Source: a virus. From it: DNA of 64,000 nucleotides. Below are positions 28,479-38,411 of the stretch, one piece after another. The translations under genes were made by a program, and so were the position numbers. Below the pieces are notes generated by a model. The model had not been told where the DNA came from and did no database searches. It saw only the letters and a list, made by a program, of their open reading frames with translations. The stretch is taken from positions 32,001-96,000 of IMG/VR virus record IMGVR_UViG_3300005573_000004. One strand, 5' to 3'. The stretch's first letter is position 1. Each line of letters opens with the position of its first letter.

Positions 28479-28493
28479 AACTTAGGAGAAATT

Positions 28494-28976
28494 ATGAAAT
28501 CACTTGGATTAGATATATCACAGACTTCTACAGGTTGGGCTGTTTTACAAGACCGTTCGTTGGTTGACTATGGTTATTTTCAATTTAATAAAAATAACCG
28601 TTTAGGAGACAATCTTCTTTTGTTTTATAGTTATTTGGAGACTATAGTAACAAAGCATCCAGATTTAGATTTTATTTGTATTGAAGATACGTTCTTTGGT
28701 AAAAATATTAAAACATTAAAACTCTTGACTAGATATAGTGGTGTAGCGATAGTAGCTTGTCGTAAATTATTGCCTAAAGCTCGTATATTAGTTTTGACAG
28801 TTGCATCTATTCGTTCTGCATATTTTCCTGGGCGGAAACTTGACAAAGATGAAGTTTATAAGTATATTTGTACTGACTATAAATTAGGTAATATTCCAGA
28901 TGATGTAACAGATGCAATTGCAGTTGCATCATTTCCATTTTTAGGAAAGAAGATTGATAAAAAATGGGAGATATGA
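28494..28976 (+). CDS. RuvC-like Holliday junction resolvase
   Basis: LGLDIS..STGWAV, CIED and DDVTDAIAVA motifs. Confidence 0.85.
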   Translation: MKSLGLDISQTSTGWAVLQDRSLVDYGYFQFNKNNRLGDNLLLFYSYLETIVTKHPDLDFICIEDTFFGKNIKTLKLLTRYSGVAIVACRKLLPKARILVLTVASIRSAYFPGRKLDKDEVYKYICTDYKLGNIPDDVTDAIAVASFPFLGKKIDKKWEI

Positions 28977-29263
28977 AACAGAATAAAGTTTGGATAGTTG
29001 GCAATGGAATGATAATTGACACTGGATATATGACTGAATCTGAAGTTAACGAGTTTTATAAGATGTCTTCTGACGCTCGTAAATTGTTTATTGAGGAATA
29101 TATTGCAAAGTTTCCAAAAGCTTTTATTAATACAGCTGGATTTTGTACTCTTAGGAGAAAGCATATGAGTGAAAAAGACTGTATAGCTTGTGCTAGGGCA
29201 CAAGGTATGACAAAATTAGCAGAATTTAATGTATGTAGAAGTCAACATCTTAGTAGACCCTGA
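28973..29263 (+). CDS. Cys-rich hypothetical protein
   Basis: ATGA overlap with the resolvase stop; C..CxxC..C residues. Confidence 0.6.
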   Translation: MKQNKVWIVGNGMIIDTGYMTESEVNEFYKMSSDARKLFIEEYIAKFPKAFINTAGFCTLRRKHMSEKDCIACARAQGMTKLAEFNVCRSQHLSRP

Positions 29264-29276
29264 AGGAGGTTAAATT

Positions 29277-30428
29277 ATGACTAGTAAAAAGAAAATATCA
29301 GAGGCCAAAACAAACTCAAAAGTTGATAATGCCGTAAATTCAGATCTGAGAAAACGTATGGAAGCAGCAAATGCTAAACTTAATAAAATTATTCAAAAAG
29401 ATAATTTACCAGTAATTGACGATGAAGTAGAAGGCTCACAGGATTTAAGTATCCCATTATTTTCTACTGGTATATTAGCTCTTGATAGGGCTCTTTCTGG
29501 TGGAATGCCGATGGGACGTATTACTGAATTGTATGGTGAAGAAGGCAGTGGAAAATCTCTTATTTCATTAATGGCGATTGCAGAAACTCAAAAAAATGGA
29601 GGACGTTGTCTATTATTTGATGCTGAATCTTCGTATGATCCTATTTGGGCAGCAAAGTTAGGAGTTAATACAAAAGAGCTTATGGTATCAGATGCTAACA
29701 TAGCTGAAGATGTTTTTAAAATTATTCAGACTTATGCAGAAGAAAAATTAGTTAATTTAGTTGTAATAGATAGTATAGCTAGTTTAACTACGTTAGATAT
29801 TATGAATAGCGAACTTGGAGCTGCAAAGTATGCTTCTCTAGCTGGTGTTTTATCTAGGATACTTCCAGTTTTATTAAAATATTTAAAACGTAATAATGTT
29901 TCACTTATAGTGGTAAACCAAGTTCGTGATGCTATTGGATCCTATACGCCTATGTTACGTACTCCTGGTGGAAGGAGTTTAAAACATTTATATCATACGA
30001 GAATTAAAGTATTTAAAGCTGGAAGTTCCAAATTGTTAAAAGATGGAGACACGGTAAGAGGAGTTGAAATTGAAACACAAGTTACCAAACATAGAGGTGG
30101 ACCAAATTATCTTGGAGCGACTTTTAGGATAGATTATAACAATGGTTTTGATTATGTTTATGATTTAGTTAGTTTTTTACTTGCAACTGGACATATAACT
30201 AAAAATGGAGCATTCTATACTTATTCTAATCAGAAATATCAAGGTTTAGAGAACCTTATGGATGCATTTCGCAAGGATCCAGCTGCGTTTAAAGCTGGAA
30301 TTGAATTTGCTAAAGAGATTTTAAAATCAGAAGCTGGAAATAAAAATGTGATTCCATCAGTTCCAACTGATAAAGATTTAGTAGAACCTATAGATGTGTC
30401 AGGAGATAATGATGAATCAAATGACTAA
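29277..30428 (+). CDS. recA: RecA/UvsX recombinase
   Basis: STGILALDRAL.GGMPMGRITELYG, GSGKS, DAE, VIDSIA, NQVR and TPGGR motifs. Confidence 0.95.
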   Translation: MTSKKKISEAKTNSKVDNAVNSDLRKRMEAANAKLNKIIQKDNLPVIDDEVEGSQDLSIPLFSTGILALDRALSGGMPMGRITELYGEEGSGKSLISLMAIAETQKNGGRCLLFDAESSYDPIWAAKLGVNTKELMVSDANIAEDVFKIIQTYAEEKLVNLVVIDSIASLTTLDIMNSELGAAKYASLAGVLSRILPVLLKYLKRNNVSLIVVNQVRDAIGSYTPMLRTPGGRSLKHLYHTRIKVFKAGSSKLLKDGDTVRGVEIETQVTKHRGGPNYLGATFRIDYNNGFDYVYDLVSFLLATGHITKNGAFYTYSNQKYQGLENLMDAFRKDPAAFKAGIEFAKEILKSEAGNKNVIPSVPTDKDLVEPIDVSGDNDESND

Positions 30429-31059
30429 TATAGTCCAAAGCCTTCCTCCAACTTTGTTGGATGTTAGTCTTGAGCATAAGTATGAAGGAAGTTATTTTGA
30501 ACAGCGTGGTGTTTCAAAAGAAATTTTTCAAAAATTTAATTTAGGTACAGTAGTTTCGGCTATTAATACTCTGCCCTCATCTGTTATTGGATCACCCGCA
30601 TTTCCTGTATACGATGAAAGTGGCTATTTTGTTGGTTGGATCTTTAGACCAGGACATCAAGATTTTAAATATAGATATCATGGTTTAAAGACGTTTGATT
30701 ATGTTTATGGTTTAATTCATGCTATTCCGGCAATTATTAGAGAAGGATCTGTTATTATTGTTGAAGGACCTTTTGATGTGTTGCTTGCTCATTCTGCCGG
30801 AATAGAAAACGTCATAGCAGTTCTTGGAGCACATATTTCTGTTAACCAAATTTTGTTGTTAGGATCGTATACTAATAAATTTATTTTTGCATTAGATTCA
30901 GACAAAGCAGGGTTGGAAGGAATGGACAGAAGTATACAATTAGTTAATAAAATATTACCGGAGGTATCTACCGATCGTATGCTGCTTTATCCGTATAAGG
31001 ATTTTGCAGACTACGCATTGGCAAAAATAAAAAATGAAAAAGAGACACAAAAACACTAA
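30421..31059 (+). CDS. DNA primase catalytic/TOPRIM domain without Zn finger
   Basis: FPVYD..G..VG..R, IIVEGPFDV, VAVLG-like, DSDKAG and KDFAD motifs; start uncertain (30394-30421). Confidence 0.85.
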   Translation: MTNIVQSLPPTLLDVSLEHKYEGSYFEQRGVSKEIFQKFNLGTVVSAINTLPSSVIGSPAFPVYDESGYFVGWIFRPGHQDFKYRYHGLKTFDYVYGLIHAIPAIIREGSVIIVEGPFDVLLAHSAGIENVIAVLGAHISVNQILLLGSYTNKFIFALDSDKAGLEGMDRSIQLVNKILPEVSTDRMLLYPYKDFADYALAKIKNEKETQKH

Positions 31060-31528
31060 AAGTACTAGAAGTATTAGAAAAATAAAGAATGAGACCGACG
31101 ATATACGTAATTCAAAAGAAATATTTTTATCTGATTATTTAGAAGATGAAAAATTACCACTAGAGTTTTTTACACAAAAATTTGTCACAGAGATGGAGCC
31201 ATTTAACGAAGCTATAGAAGTATATAAATCTAATTTGTTATATGTAATGATGGATTTAATTTCGACAGAAATTATGCGTTTGACTGCGGCACAAAGGGAA
31301 GTAATTATTCGTTATTTTTTTAATTCAGAATCTATAAGGATGATTGCTAAGTGTCTTAATAAGGATCTAAGCAGTGTTAGGGATTTAAAATCAAGAGCAC
31401 TTAAAACTTTACGCAGGCGTTTATCTGAAAATCCATATTTTATGCAATTATTTAAGGAGTATCAAGAAGGCGACCCTAAATTATCTATACTAATAGAGAT
31501 AGAAAAATTTTTAGAAAAAAATGTCTAA
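31034..31528 (+). CDS. Sigma70 region-4-like HTH transcription factor
   Basis: LTAAQREVIIRYFF..SIRMIAKCLN....SVR..KSRALKTLRR. Confidence 0.75.
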   Translation: MKKRHKNTKSTRSIRKIKNETDDIRNSKEIFLSDYLEDEKLPLEFFTQKFVTEMEPFNEAIEVYKSNLLYVMMDLISTEIMRLTAAQREVIIRYFFNSESIRMIAKCLNKDLSSVRDLKSRALKTLRRRLSENPYFMQLFKEYQEGDPKLSILIEIEKFLEKNV

Positions 31529-31530
31529 AA

Positions 31531-31549
31531 CCCACCCACACCCCCACCC
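31531..31549 (-). other. G-quadruplex-forming motif
   Basis: Minus strand GGGTGGGGGTGTGGGTGGG, intergenic. Confidence 0.55.
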
Positions 31550-31579
31550 TAATATATAATAGGACCATAAGGAGTCTCT

Positions 31580-32002
31580 ATGCTTTTAGGAAGAGAAAAT
31601 AAAAGAGATTTTGACCATATAATTAATGTTTTAGATATATTGGACCATAAAACTGATGGTAGATATAGACATAGTATAGACAGAATAAAAGAAATATTAC
31701 AGGAATTAGATAAAAATTTAAGTGAAGAAGTAGATCTTCGTTCTACTCTTGAAAAGTTTCGTAGTAAAGGTTTTAAGGTTTCAAAGTATTTAACAACTTC
31801 TTTTTCAGATCCTAATAGTATGATGAGGAAACTTAATAAACTCTGTGATGAACTTAAAGAACTTGATAAAATAGTAATGGCATATAATAATTTAAAACGA
31901 GAATTAAAAGAAACTGAAACTGCGAAACGATTAGAATCCATTATGTATGATCCGGAAAAAATAATGGAGGCTAAATCGCTTTGGCATAAATTAAATAAAT
32001 AG
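31580..32002 (+). CDS. hypothetical coiled-coil protein
   Basis: TAAGGAG RBS, 140 aa. Confidence 0.65.
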   Translation: MLLGRENKRDFDHIINVLDILDHKTDGRYRHSIDRIKEILQELDKNLSEEVDLRSTLEKFRSKGFKVSKYLTTSFSDPNSMMRKLNKLCDELKELDKIVMAYNNLKRELKETETAKRLESIMYDPEKIMEAKSLWHKLNK

Positions 32003-32015
32003 TGAAAGGAGTATC

Positions 32016-35000
32016 ATGTCAGGAAAAGATACAGCTAGAAAGATTTTAAGTCAATTATTTAATTCAAATCCTAACCCACAACCTAATATTATAAAAGTAG
32101 AAGCTATATTCATTGAGGATCTCACTCCAGAGGTAAAGAATAAATTAGTAAAGATAGCTTATAATACTTATGTAAAGAAATCAGATTTAAGTAGAGTTTG
32201 GACTATTGAGAGAATTGACGGTAAAGATTATGTAGTAGCTGTAGATTCTGGAAGACAATTATCATATAATTATGATATTAAGCACTCTGATAGTGATATA
32301 CAAATTGTTCGTGGGGATGAAGTTTTAGCTAGTTTTCCGGTTGATGAACTTACAGACGTTAACAGTTTAGCATCCTTTTTAAGAAATAAAGCTGCTATGT
32401 ATAAATTTTTGCCTAGCCAATTATTTGTACAAGCGATGCGTAACGATTTTGAATCCTTTAAAAAAGTTTTTATTTCTGCTAATGCTTTGATGAGAAAGAG
32501 TGCTGCAAATGATGTAGCACTGAGTATAGATACGGTAATTCCTACTGATGATGCTGCCATCAATGCCTTAAATTACACAGTAGATAACACTATTAAACCA
32601 TATATAGACTCACTATTTTTGAATTATTCTGCACCAGGAGTACAAAACAACGATGAATTAATGAAAGAGATAGACTCTATACATAAGCAAATTATAAACG
32701 CAATTAAAGGAGTTATAAATGCTGTAAAAGGTTCTTCTATTACACTTGAAGATTTATCAGACAAGATAATAGGTAACGAAACAATTTCATCGGCTTTAAA
32801 CGAAATTGATCAACTTGCACAAAAATTTAACAATTTGGATAGCTATCCTGAAATAATTAGGACTTATTTGTTACTAGACACCTACGGCGTGAGTCAAGTT
32901 ACAACAATGTTAGCAGCTAGTTTGTTTAGCTTATTAAAGGAGCGAAGTAAAACTAAAGATGTCTCTGAAGAGACTAAAGAGAATAGACGGAAACAGACAG
33001 TAGAAATTCTTACAGAAAGACAGCGTCTTGAAAGAGACATTACGTCTCGAGGTGGTAAAGTCTTAGGATATATAGAAGGAATTAATTCTTATTTACAAAT
33101 ATTAAAAAGATTGAAAGATGAACAAGACAATTTAAGATATCAATTAAACTCTTTAATTGATCGTTTACTGAAGTATATAGACATAAAATCAGACACATCA
33201 AATGACACATCAAAAGACACATTAAATGACACATTAAAAAACGCATTAAAGGATGTGATTGAGGGTCTCATTAGCAATCCATTAGAGATTACTAAGGAAC
33301 AATTAAAGGAAAAATTAAGATATATTTTTACGGAGTATTCTGACGACCAATTAAATAGATTGGTGGACGCGTTATCTGCTGCATTCAGTCAAGCGTTCTT
33401 TAAGTCTATTAAGACATTTTTTAACGAAGTAGGACTGCGTGTATTATCTCAAAGTGTATTGGGTAAATTATTTTACCAAGTTATTGATGAAGGTTCTATA
33501 CCAACGTTAGAGAGTTCTGAAATACCAAAAGACCTAGAAAAGTATAAACAGTATGTAGCAGATTTTAATGCGTTAGTTAGATCTAATGAAAGATTTGATA
33601 TAGTTTTGGCTAAATTTTTAGAGCGACATCCAGAGATAACTACAAAAGATCAAATCATGGATATAATAAATGGTATATCGGCTTTAGCACAGGTTTGGAC
33701 ACAGAAAGCTGCTAGTACCTTATATAAGAAAAATTTAGCTATTTCTTCTAGTCCTGGAATTGCAAATTCTTTAAACTCAGATATATATGAATTTATGAAT
33801 ACTTCTCATTATCTTGAGGATTTATTTGTAGAATTAATAAAATCCTTATCTAAGGAAGCACAGAACTTAATTTATGCAACAGAAAAACTTGATTTAAATG
33901 ACGAAAAAGATCTTCAAAAAATAAAACAATATCTTACCGACGAAGACCGTAGGAACTTTATAATTGCTATATTAATAATTGGAGCTATGGGGCATGTTAT
34001 ACTACTTCAAGGTGCAGCAATTACTCCTCATAATCTTGTTACTCCATCATTTGGAGGTTCCATAGTATCCGATATTAAGCAGGCTATTGAGCAGGCTATT
34101 GCGGCTGAAAAAAATAAGCCGAAAAAAGATTTAGATATCAAAGCTCTTAAAAAAGAAACAATAGAAGGGGCAAAAGTAAAAGTAGATTATCTACAATCTT
34201 CTCTTCTTATTCAATTAATGAAAATTAATCCAAAGTTTGTAAATGAGCGTGTAAAAAATTATAGCGGTGAGAACAAAGTAGATTTTATAAACTATTTAAG
34301 AGAGGGTTTACAAAACCAGTTAAAGGAATTAATGTCTGCTCATGCTAATTTTAAACAGGTTACTGACAACTCTCTTACTCTTTTAGGTGATCTATTACAA
34401 AAACCAGATAAAGAAAAAAAATTTTTAACAGCATTACCGTTTTTAGCTAGAAACAATGCACCAGTTACGACAAAGATAATAAAAAAAGGCAAAGATGTAA
34501 CTAAACAAGCTATAAACGAGTTTGCTACTGAATATTTTAGGACTTTAGCTTCCGCATATGTATATTATAACCAAGAGAATAGAAATAAAGTTAAAGAAGA
34601 ATTAACTAAAAAAATTGAGAAATGGCAAAAAAAATACAATACTACTGTAGATGCAGTTTTTGGTACAGGAGTAGATGCTTTAGTAAATACTCCGATACAG
34701 GTGGATATAGCTATAAGTTCTGTACCAGATTTAAGGAAACAGGCTCACTATGATTTAATAATTGGAAAGATTATTAACGGAATGAAAGATCTTACAAGAA
34801 ACCATACTTTAATGGGTATGCCTAATATTATGATGGCTTTATCACATCAAACTGGGTTTGTAGCATCTATTTTTGCAAAGTATATAGGACCAGAAAGTAT
34901 TACAGCTAATATCGAAAATTCACAGTTACAAATAGTAACACCAGAGAACAACATTAATTTAGGTACGCCAACTAGTCCATATTCATCTGGAAAAAGAAAA

Positions 35001-38000
35001 AATCCTATTATATTATCTAGGAAATTATATAAAATTAATGGATTTCCTGATTATTTTATTAGAAACTTTTTATTATCTGATCCTCAATTAAAGGAGCTAT
35101 ATGACGTTCTTTCTGATGACGTCCGGTATTTTACTGGAGCGATAAAATATAATAGTACTAAATTTAAAAGTGAGTGGGACCTGATTGCCGCTCATGTAAC
35201 AAGACTAGTCACCCCAGACAATCTTAATAAGGCTTATAATGACTTTTTAAAAGATTTGAAACGGTATTTGCCTCCTCCTCCTCCTCCTTCTACTACTTCT
35301 ACTACTACTCCAGCTAGTCAAGCTAGTCAAGCTCCAAATAATACGACCAATACCTTGGAAGACGTTCAAAATATGATATCAAACAAGACATATACCAAGA
35401 TAGAAAGAGAAGCAGAAGATTTTAAAGATAAACTTAATGCCCCGGATGGCCAGATGGTTTTGGATGATTTAATAATTGCATTTACAAGGGCTTTACACTT
35501 GGAGATTTTGACTAATCAGCCAGAAATGAACAAAGGTATATTAACTTTGAAGGCCTACTTAGCTAAATTATTAAAGCAGTCTTCTAGTTCTGATAACTTA
35601 CCGTCACTAGCGGGAGCATTAAACTCTTTGTCCTATTTATTAGATCTTGCGTATAGTTGTGCAAGTTTATGGCATCCAATGATAAAAACCGCAGCTAAGA
35701 AAAAGAAAAATATTGGCCCGGTTAATCCTGCTCCAACTAACCCGGCTCCAACTAATCCTGCTCCAACTAACCCGGCTCCAACTAATCCGGCTCCAACTAA
35801 CCCGGCTCCAACTAACCCGGCTCCAACTACCCCGGCTCCAACTACCCCGGCTCCAACTAACCCGGCTCCAACTAACCCGGCTCCAACTAACCCGGCTCCA
35901 ACTAACCAAATTAATCCTTATTTATCTACAATACAAGCTTTCGAGGAAGCAAACAAAACAATAAATGAAAGAATGCGAAGAGTATGGAATACAGTATATG
36001 AAGTTTCACAAGAGATTATTACAATGTCAAATGGTGTTAATTTATGGGGTAGGCATTCCGGTAAGCTCCCAGCAATGTTATTTGATTATATACCAACACT
36101 ACTAAATCATACAATAGGTTTCCTAGACTCTCAGCTTGAGTCTGGAGTTCCACAATTGAAAGCATCTTCTCAACGTAAACTGCATACATATCTCCAAGAC
36201 GTTATTAGATATGGAAACTCTTATAAGGGACTGAAAGCATATTTGAAAAAATTCTTAAAACCTGCCTGTGACAATGTAGAAAAGGGGTATACCAAGAAGA
36301 TAAATGATATAACTAATAAACTTACAGATATTGCTGCATCTATCAATAAAATTACTGCAGACCTAAAGAATACACAAAATAAAGATCAAATTGCGGAGTA
36401 TGAGAAACAAATTAATGAGTATAATGAGCAAAAAAAAGGACTTGAAGAAGCTAGAAAAAATATTGAAGCCAAACGTAACAAGATTGAGTCTCTAAAAAGA
36501 TATATAAATGAGGTGCTACAAAGTACGTATTCAAATGAGTATGAGCTGGCCAGCAAGATAACCGAGATACGTAGTCAATTCAATTATATATCAGTGTTTG
36601 GTGGTATGCCAGTAGAAATAGAAATGTACAATTTAGAGCCAGATTCATATTTTTCACCTCTTATACCTTCTACTGATGACGAGGCTACTTTAAAAAAATT
36701 ACGTTTGGTTGAAAAAATGTTGGGGATTGATTCACAATTAATTGATGGTTTATCTAATACGTTGGGAACTATTACACAGATTCGATTAACACTTGAGCTA
36801 GCTGGTGAAAAAATTCAAGTATTAGGGGAACCCATGAGTGATGCAGATCTTGTCCGTTTTAGCCAACTTTTCCCACTTAGTCCTACAGCACGACTGAGAG
36901 CTCATATGCATAGCACTTCTGGGATTTATGTATTATCAGATGGCCTCATTAATTTTTTATACCAAGAGTTACCTAAGGCTGATTATAAGGATTTTGTAGA
37001 TATGGTTGATAAAAAAATAAATGGAACTATCAACACAGTTTCAATAGATGATCGTATAAAGTTACTTTCTAAGATTTTGAAACTGATACTTCGATATGAT
37101 ATAGACTTTTATCAACATGATATTAGCACATTATTTTATTTATTAGAGATTCACCCTAGATTAGGTCGTGATATCGTAAAAAACATAAAGGATATGTTTG
37201 AGGACGTGGCTAAGACATTAACTGAACAAAGTAATCCAGGATCTAATAGTTTAGTTAACTATTATATAAATATTTTAGAAAGATATTTTAGCGGAACTCC
37301 TAATAATAATACTATAGCACAGTATCTTTTTAGGTTTTTGAATACTACAATGATGGGGTATATTTCGGAGAAATTTGGACAACAGGCACAGAGCAAGTTA
37401 AAAAACAGGATATTTGAAGATTACTGGGACACTGCTTTAAAAAAATTAAAGATAGCACTTAACAATCCAAAAGGATATTCTTCAAAAGTAGCACCTTATC
37501 TTATAAGAACTGAAGATATAGAGGCTAATGAGTTAGATATGAAAGGTAAGTTTACTAAAGACGATTTAGATTATATCTTTTCAATATTAGAGCAGCTATA
37601 TAATGAGAAGGCTTCGAATGTAACTTCTGGTAAAGTTGGTACAGTTGGTAGTAAACTATCTGAACTACTATACTCTGGTCAGTACAGTAGAATATTAGGA
37701 GCCGCAGTTGATGGATTAACTCAAATCGTACTTCCATGGATTATGAGAGGATTAGACGAAAACGATGTGATAACTAATTTCCCACCAGATATGCGTGAAG
37801 ATGTCCCTTATAAGCGGCCATATAATTCCTATTTATTGAAAGAATATCTGAGTGGTTTTATAATTAAATTATTTGGTATTTTAATAGATAGTTATATTGC
37901 CTTGAATGGGCAAACATATACAGGTAATATTGATTCTAAAATACAACAACTATCTAACGATCTTAGAAAAAAACTAAATGGACCTGTAAATTCGCGTCTT

Positions 38001-38390
38001 GATGAAGCTTGTAAGTACATTGTTGATATTATAGGTAAAGTTTTAAAGGATAAGATGGGTATTCTTCAAATACTGAATGTTACACAGACGACGGAACGCA
38101 CACCCATGATATTTTCGAAAGGAAGCTTTTTTAATTATAAAGATACATTTAATTATTCACTAATAAAAATTGGCGAGATAGCAGAAGCTATCCAAAATAT
38201 TGATCCAGATGTTAAAGATCCAGATATTAAAGATCTTGAAGCAAAAGCTAAAGCATTAGTCGCTTTATTAGTTAATCAAGTACAGAATATAAGTAGATTA
38301 TTAGATAAAGCTAAACAGGTTAATAAAGAATTAGAGGAAGAAATTAATAAAGAGGAAGAACTTAATAAATCAGAAAGTGATCTTCAATAA
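32016..38390 (+). CDS. Giant (2124 aa) helical protein, probably virion-internal or ejection protein
   Basis: Long helical ORF with Pro/Thr linkers at the start of the morphogenesis region; function inferred from context only. Confidence 0.5.
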   Translation: MSGKDTARKILSQLFNSNPNPQPNIIKVEAIFIEDLTPEVKNKLVKIAYNTYVKKSDLSRVWTIERIDGKDYVVAVDSGRQLSYNYDIKHSDSDIQIVRGDEVLASFPVDELTDVNSLASFLRNKAAMYKFLPSQLFVQAMRNDFESFKKVFISANALMRKSAANDVALSIDTVIPTDDAAINALNYTVDNTIKPYIDSLFLNYSAPGVQNNDELMKEIDSIHKQIINAIKGVINAVKGSSITLEDLSDKIIGNETISSALNEIDQLAQKFNNLDSYPEIIRTYLLLDTYGVSQVTTMLAASLFSLLKERSKTKDVSEETKENRRKQTVEILTERQRLERDITSRGGKVLGYIEGINSYLQILKRLKDEQDNLRYQLNSLIDRLLKYIDIKSDTSNDTSKDTLNDTLKNALKDVIEGLISNPLEITKEQLKEKLRYIFTEYSDDQLNRLVDALSAAFSQAFFKSIKTFFNEVGLRVLSQSVLGKLFYQVIDEGSIPTLESSEIPKDLEKYKQYVADFNALVRSNERFDIVLAKFLERHPEITTKDQIMDIINGISALAQVWTQKAASTLYKKNLAISSSPGIANSLNSDIYEFMNTSHYLEDLFVELIKSLSKEAQNLIYATEKLDLNDEKDLQKIKQYLTDEDRRNFIIAILIIGAMGHVILLQGAAITPHNLVTPSFGGSIVSDIKQAIEQAIAAEKNKPKKDLDIKALKKETIEGAKVKVDYLQSSLLIQLMKINPKFVNERVKNYSGENKVDFINYLREGLQNQLKELMSAHANFKQVTDNSLTLLGDLLQKPDKEKKFLTALPFLARNNAPVTTKIIKKGKDVTKQAINEFATEYFRTLASAYVYYNQENRNKVKEELTKKIEKWQKKYNTTVDAVFGTGVDALVNTPIQVDIAISSVPDLRKQAHYDLIIGKIINGMKDLTRNHTLMGMPNIMMALSHQTGFVASIFAKYIGPESITANIENSQLQIVTPENNINLGTPTSPYSSGKRKNPIILSRKLYKINGFPDYFIRNFLLSDPQLKELYDVLSDDVRYFTGAIKYNSTKFKSEWDLIAAHVTRLVTPDNLNKAYNDFLKDLKRYLPPPPPPSTTSTTTPASQASQAPNNTTNTLEDVQNMISNKTYTKIEREAEDFKDKLNAPDGQMVLDDLIIAFTRALHLEILTNQPEMNKGILTLKAYLAKLLKQSSSSDNLPSLAGALNSLSYLLDLAYSCASLWHPMIKTAAKKKKNIGPVNPAPTNPAPTNPAPTNPAPTNPAPTNPAPTNPAPTTPAPTTPAPTNPAPTNPAPTNPAPTNQINPYLSTIQAFEEANKTINERMRRVWNTVYEVSQEIITMSNGVNLWGRHSGKLPAMLFDYIPTLLNHTIGFLDSQLESGVPQLKASSQRKLHTYLQDVIRYGNSYKGLKAYLKKFLKPACDNVEKGYTKKINDITNKLTDIAASINKITADLKNTQNKDQIAEYEKQINEYNEQKKGLEEARKNIEAKRNKIESLKRYINEVLQSTYSNEYELASKITEIRSQFNYISVFGGMPVEIEMYNLEPDSYFSPLIPSTDDEATLKKLRLVEKMLGIDSQLIDGLSNTLGTITQIRLTLELAGEKIQVLGEPMSDADLVRFSQLFPLSPTARLRAHMHSTSGIYVLSDGLINFLYQELPKADYKDFVDMVDKKINGTINTVSIDDRIKLLSKILKLILRYDIDFYQHDISTLFYLLEIHPRLGRDIVKNIKDMFEDVAKTLTEQSNPGSNSLVNYYINILERYFSGTPNNNTIAQYLFRFLNTTMMGYISEKFGQQAQSKLKNRIFEDYWDTALKKLKIALNNPKGYSSKVAPYLIRTEDIEANELDMKGKFTKDDLDYIFSILEQLYNEKASNVTSGKVGTVGSKLSELLYSGQYSRILGAAVDGLTQIVLPWIMRGLDENDVITNFPPDMREDVPYKRPYNSYLLKEYLSGFIIKLFGILIDSYIALNGQTYTGNIDSKIQQLSNDLRKKLNGPVNSRLDEACKYIVDIIGKVLKDKMGILQILNVTQTTERTPMIFSKGSFFNYKDTFNYSLIKIGEIAEAIQNIDPDVKDPDIKDLEAKAKALVALLVNQVQNISRLLDKAKQVNKELEEEINKEEELNKSESDLQ
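35724..35903 (+). repeat. 12 x 15-bp tandem repeat encoding (N/T)PAPT
   Basis: Units of AAYCCKGCTCCAACT (two start ACC), in frame in the giant ORF. Confidence 0.95.
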
Positions 38391-38411
38391 ATTTAAGGAG
38401 GAACTAAATTA

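Noticed and set aside
35667-35964. SRVSW- and LQLTR-repeat ORFs
   Set aside because: Alternative-frame readings of the 15-bp PAPTN tandem repeat.
32016-38390. Tape measure protein or virion RNA polymerase
   Set aside because: No tape-measure repeats or flanking tail chaperone context, and no DxDGD or T7-type polymerase motifs recognised.
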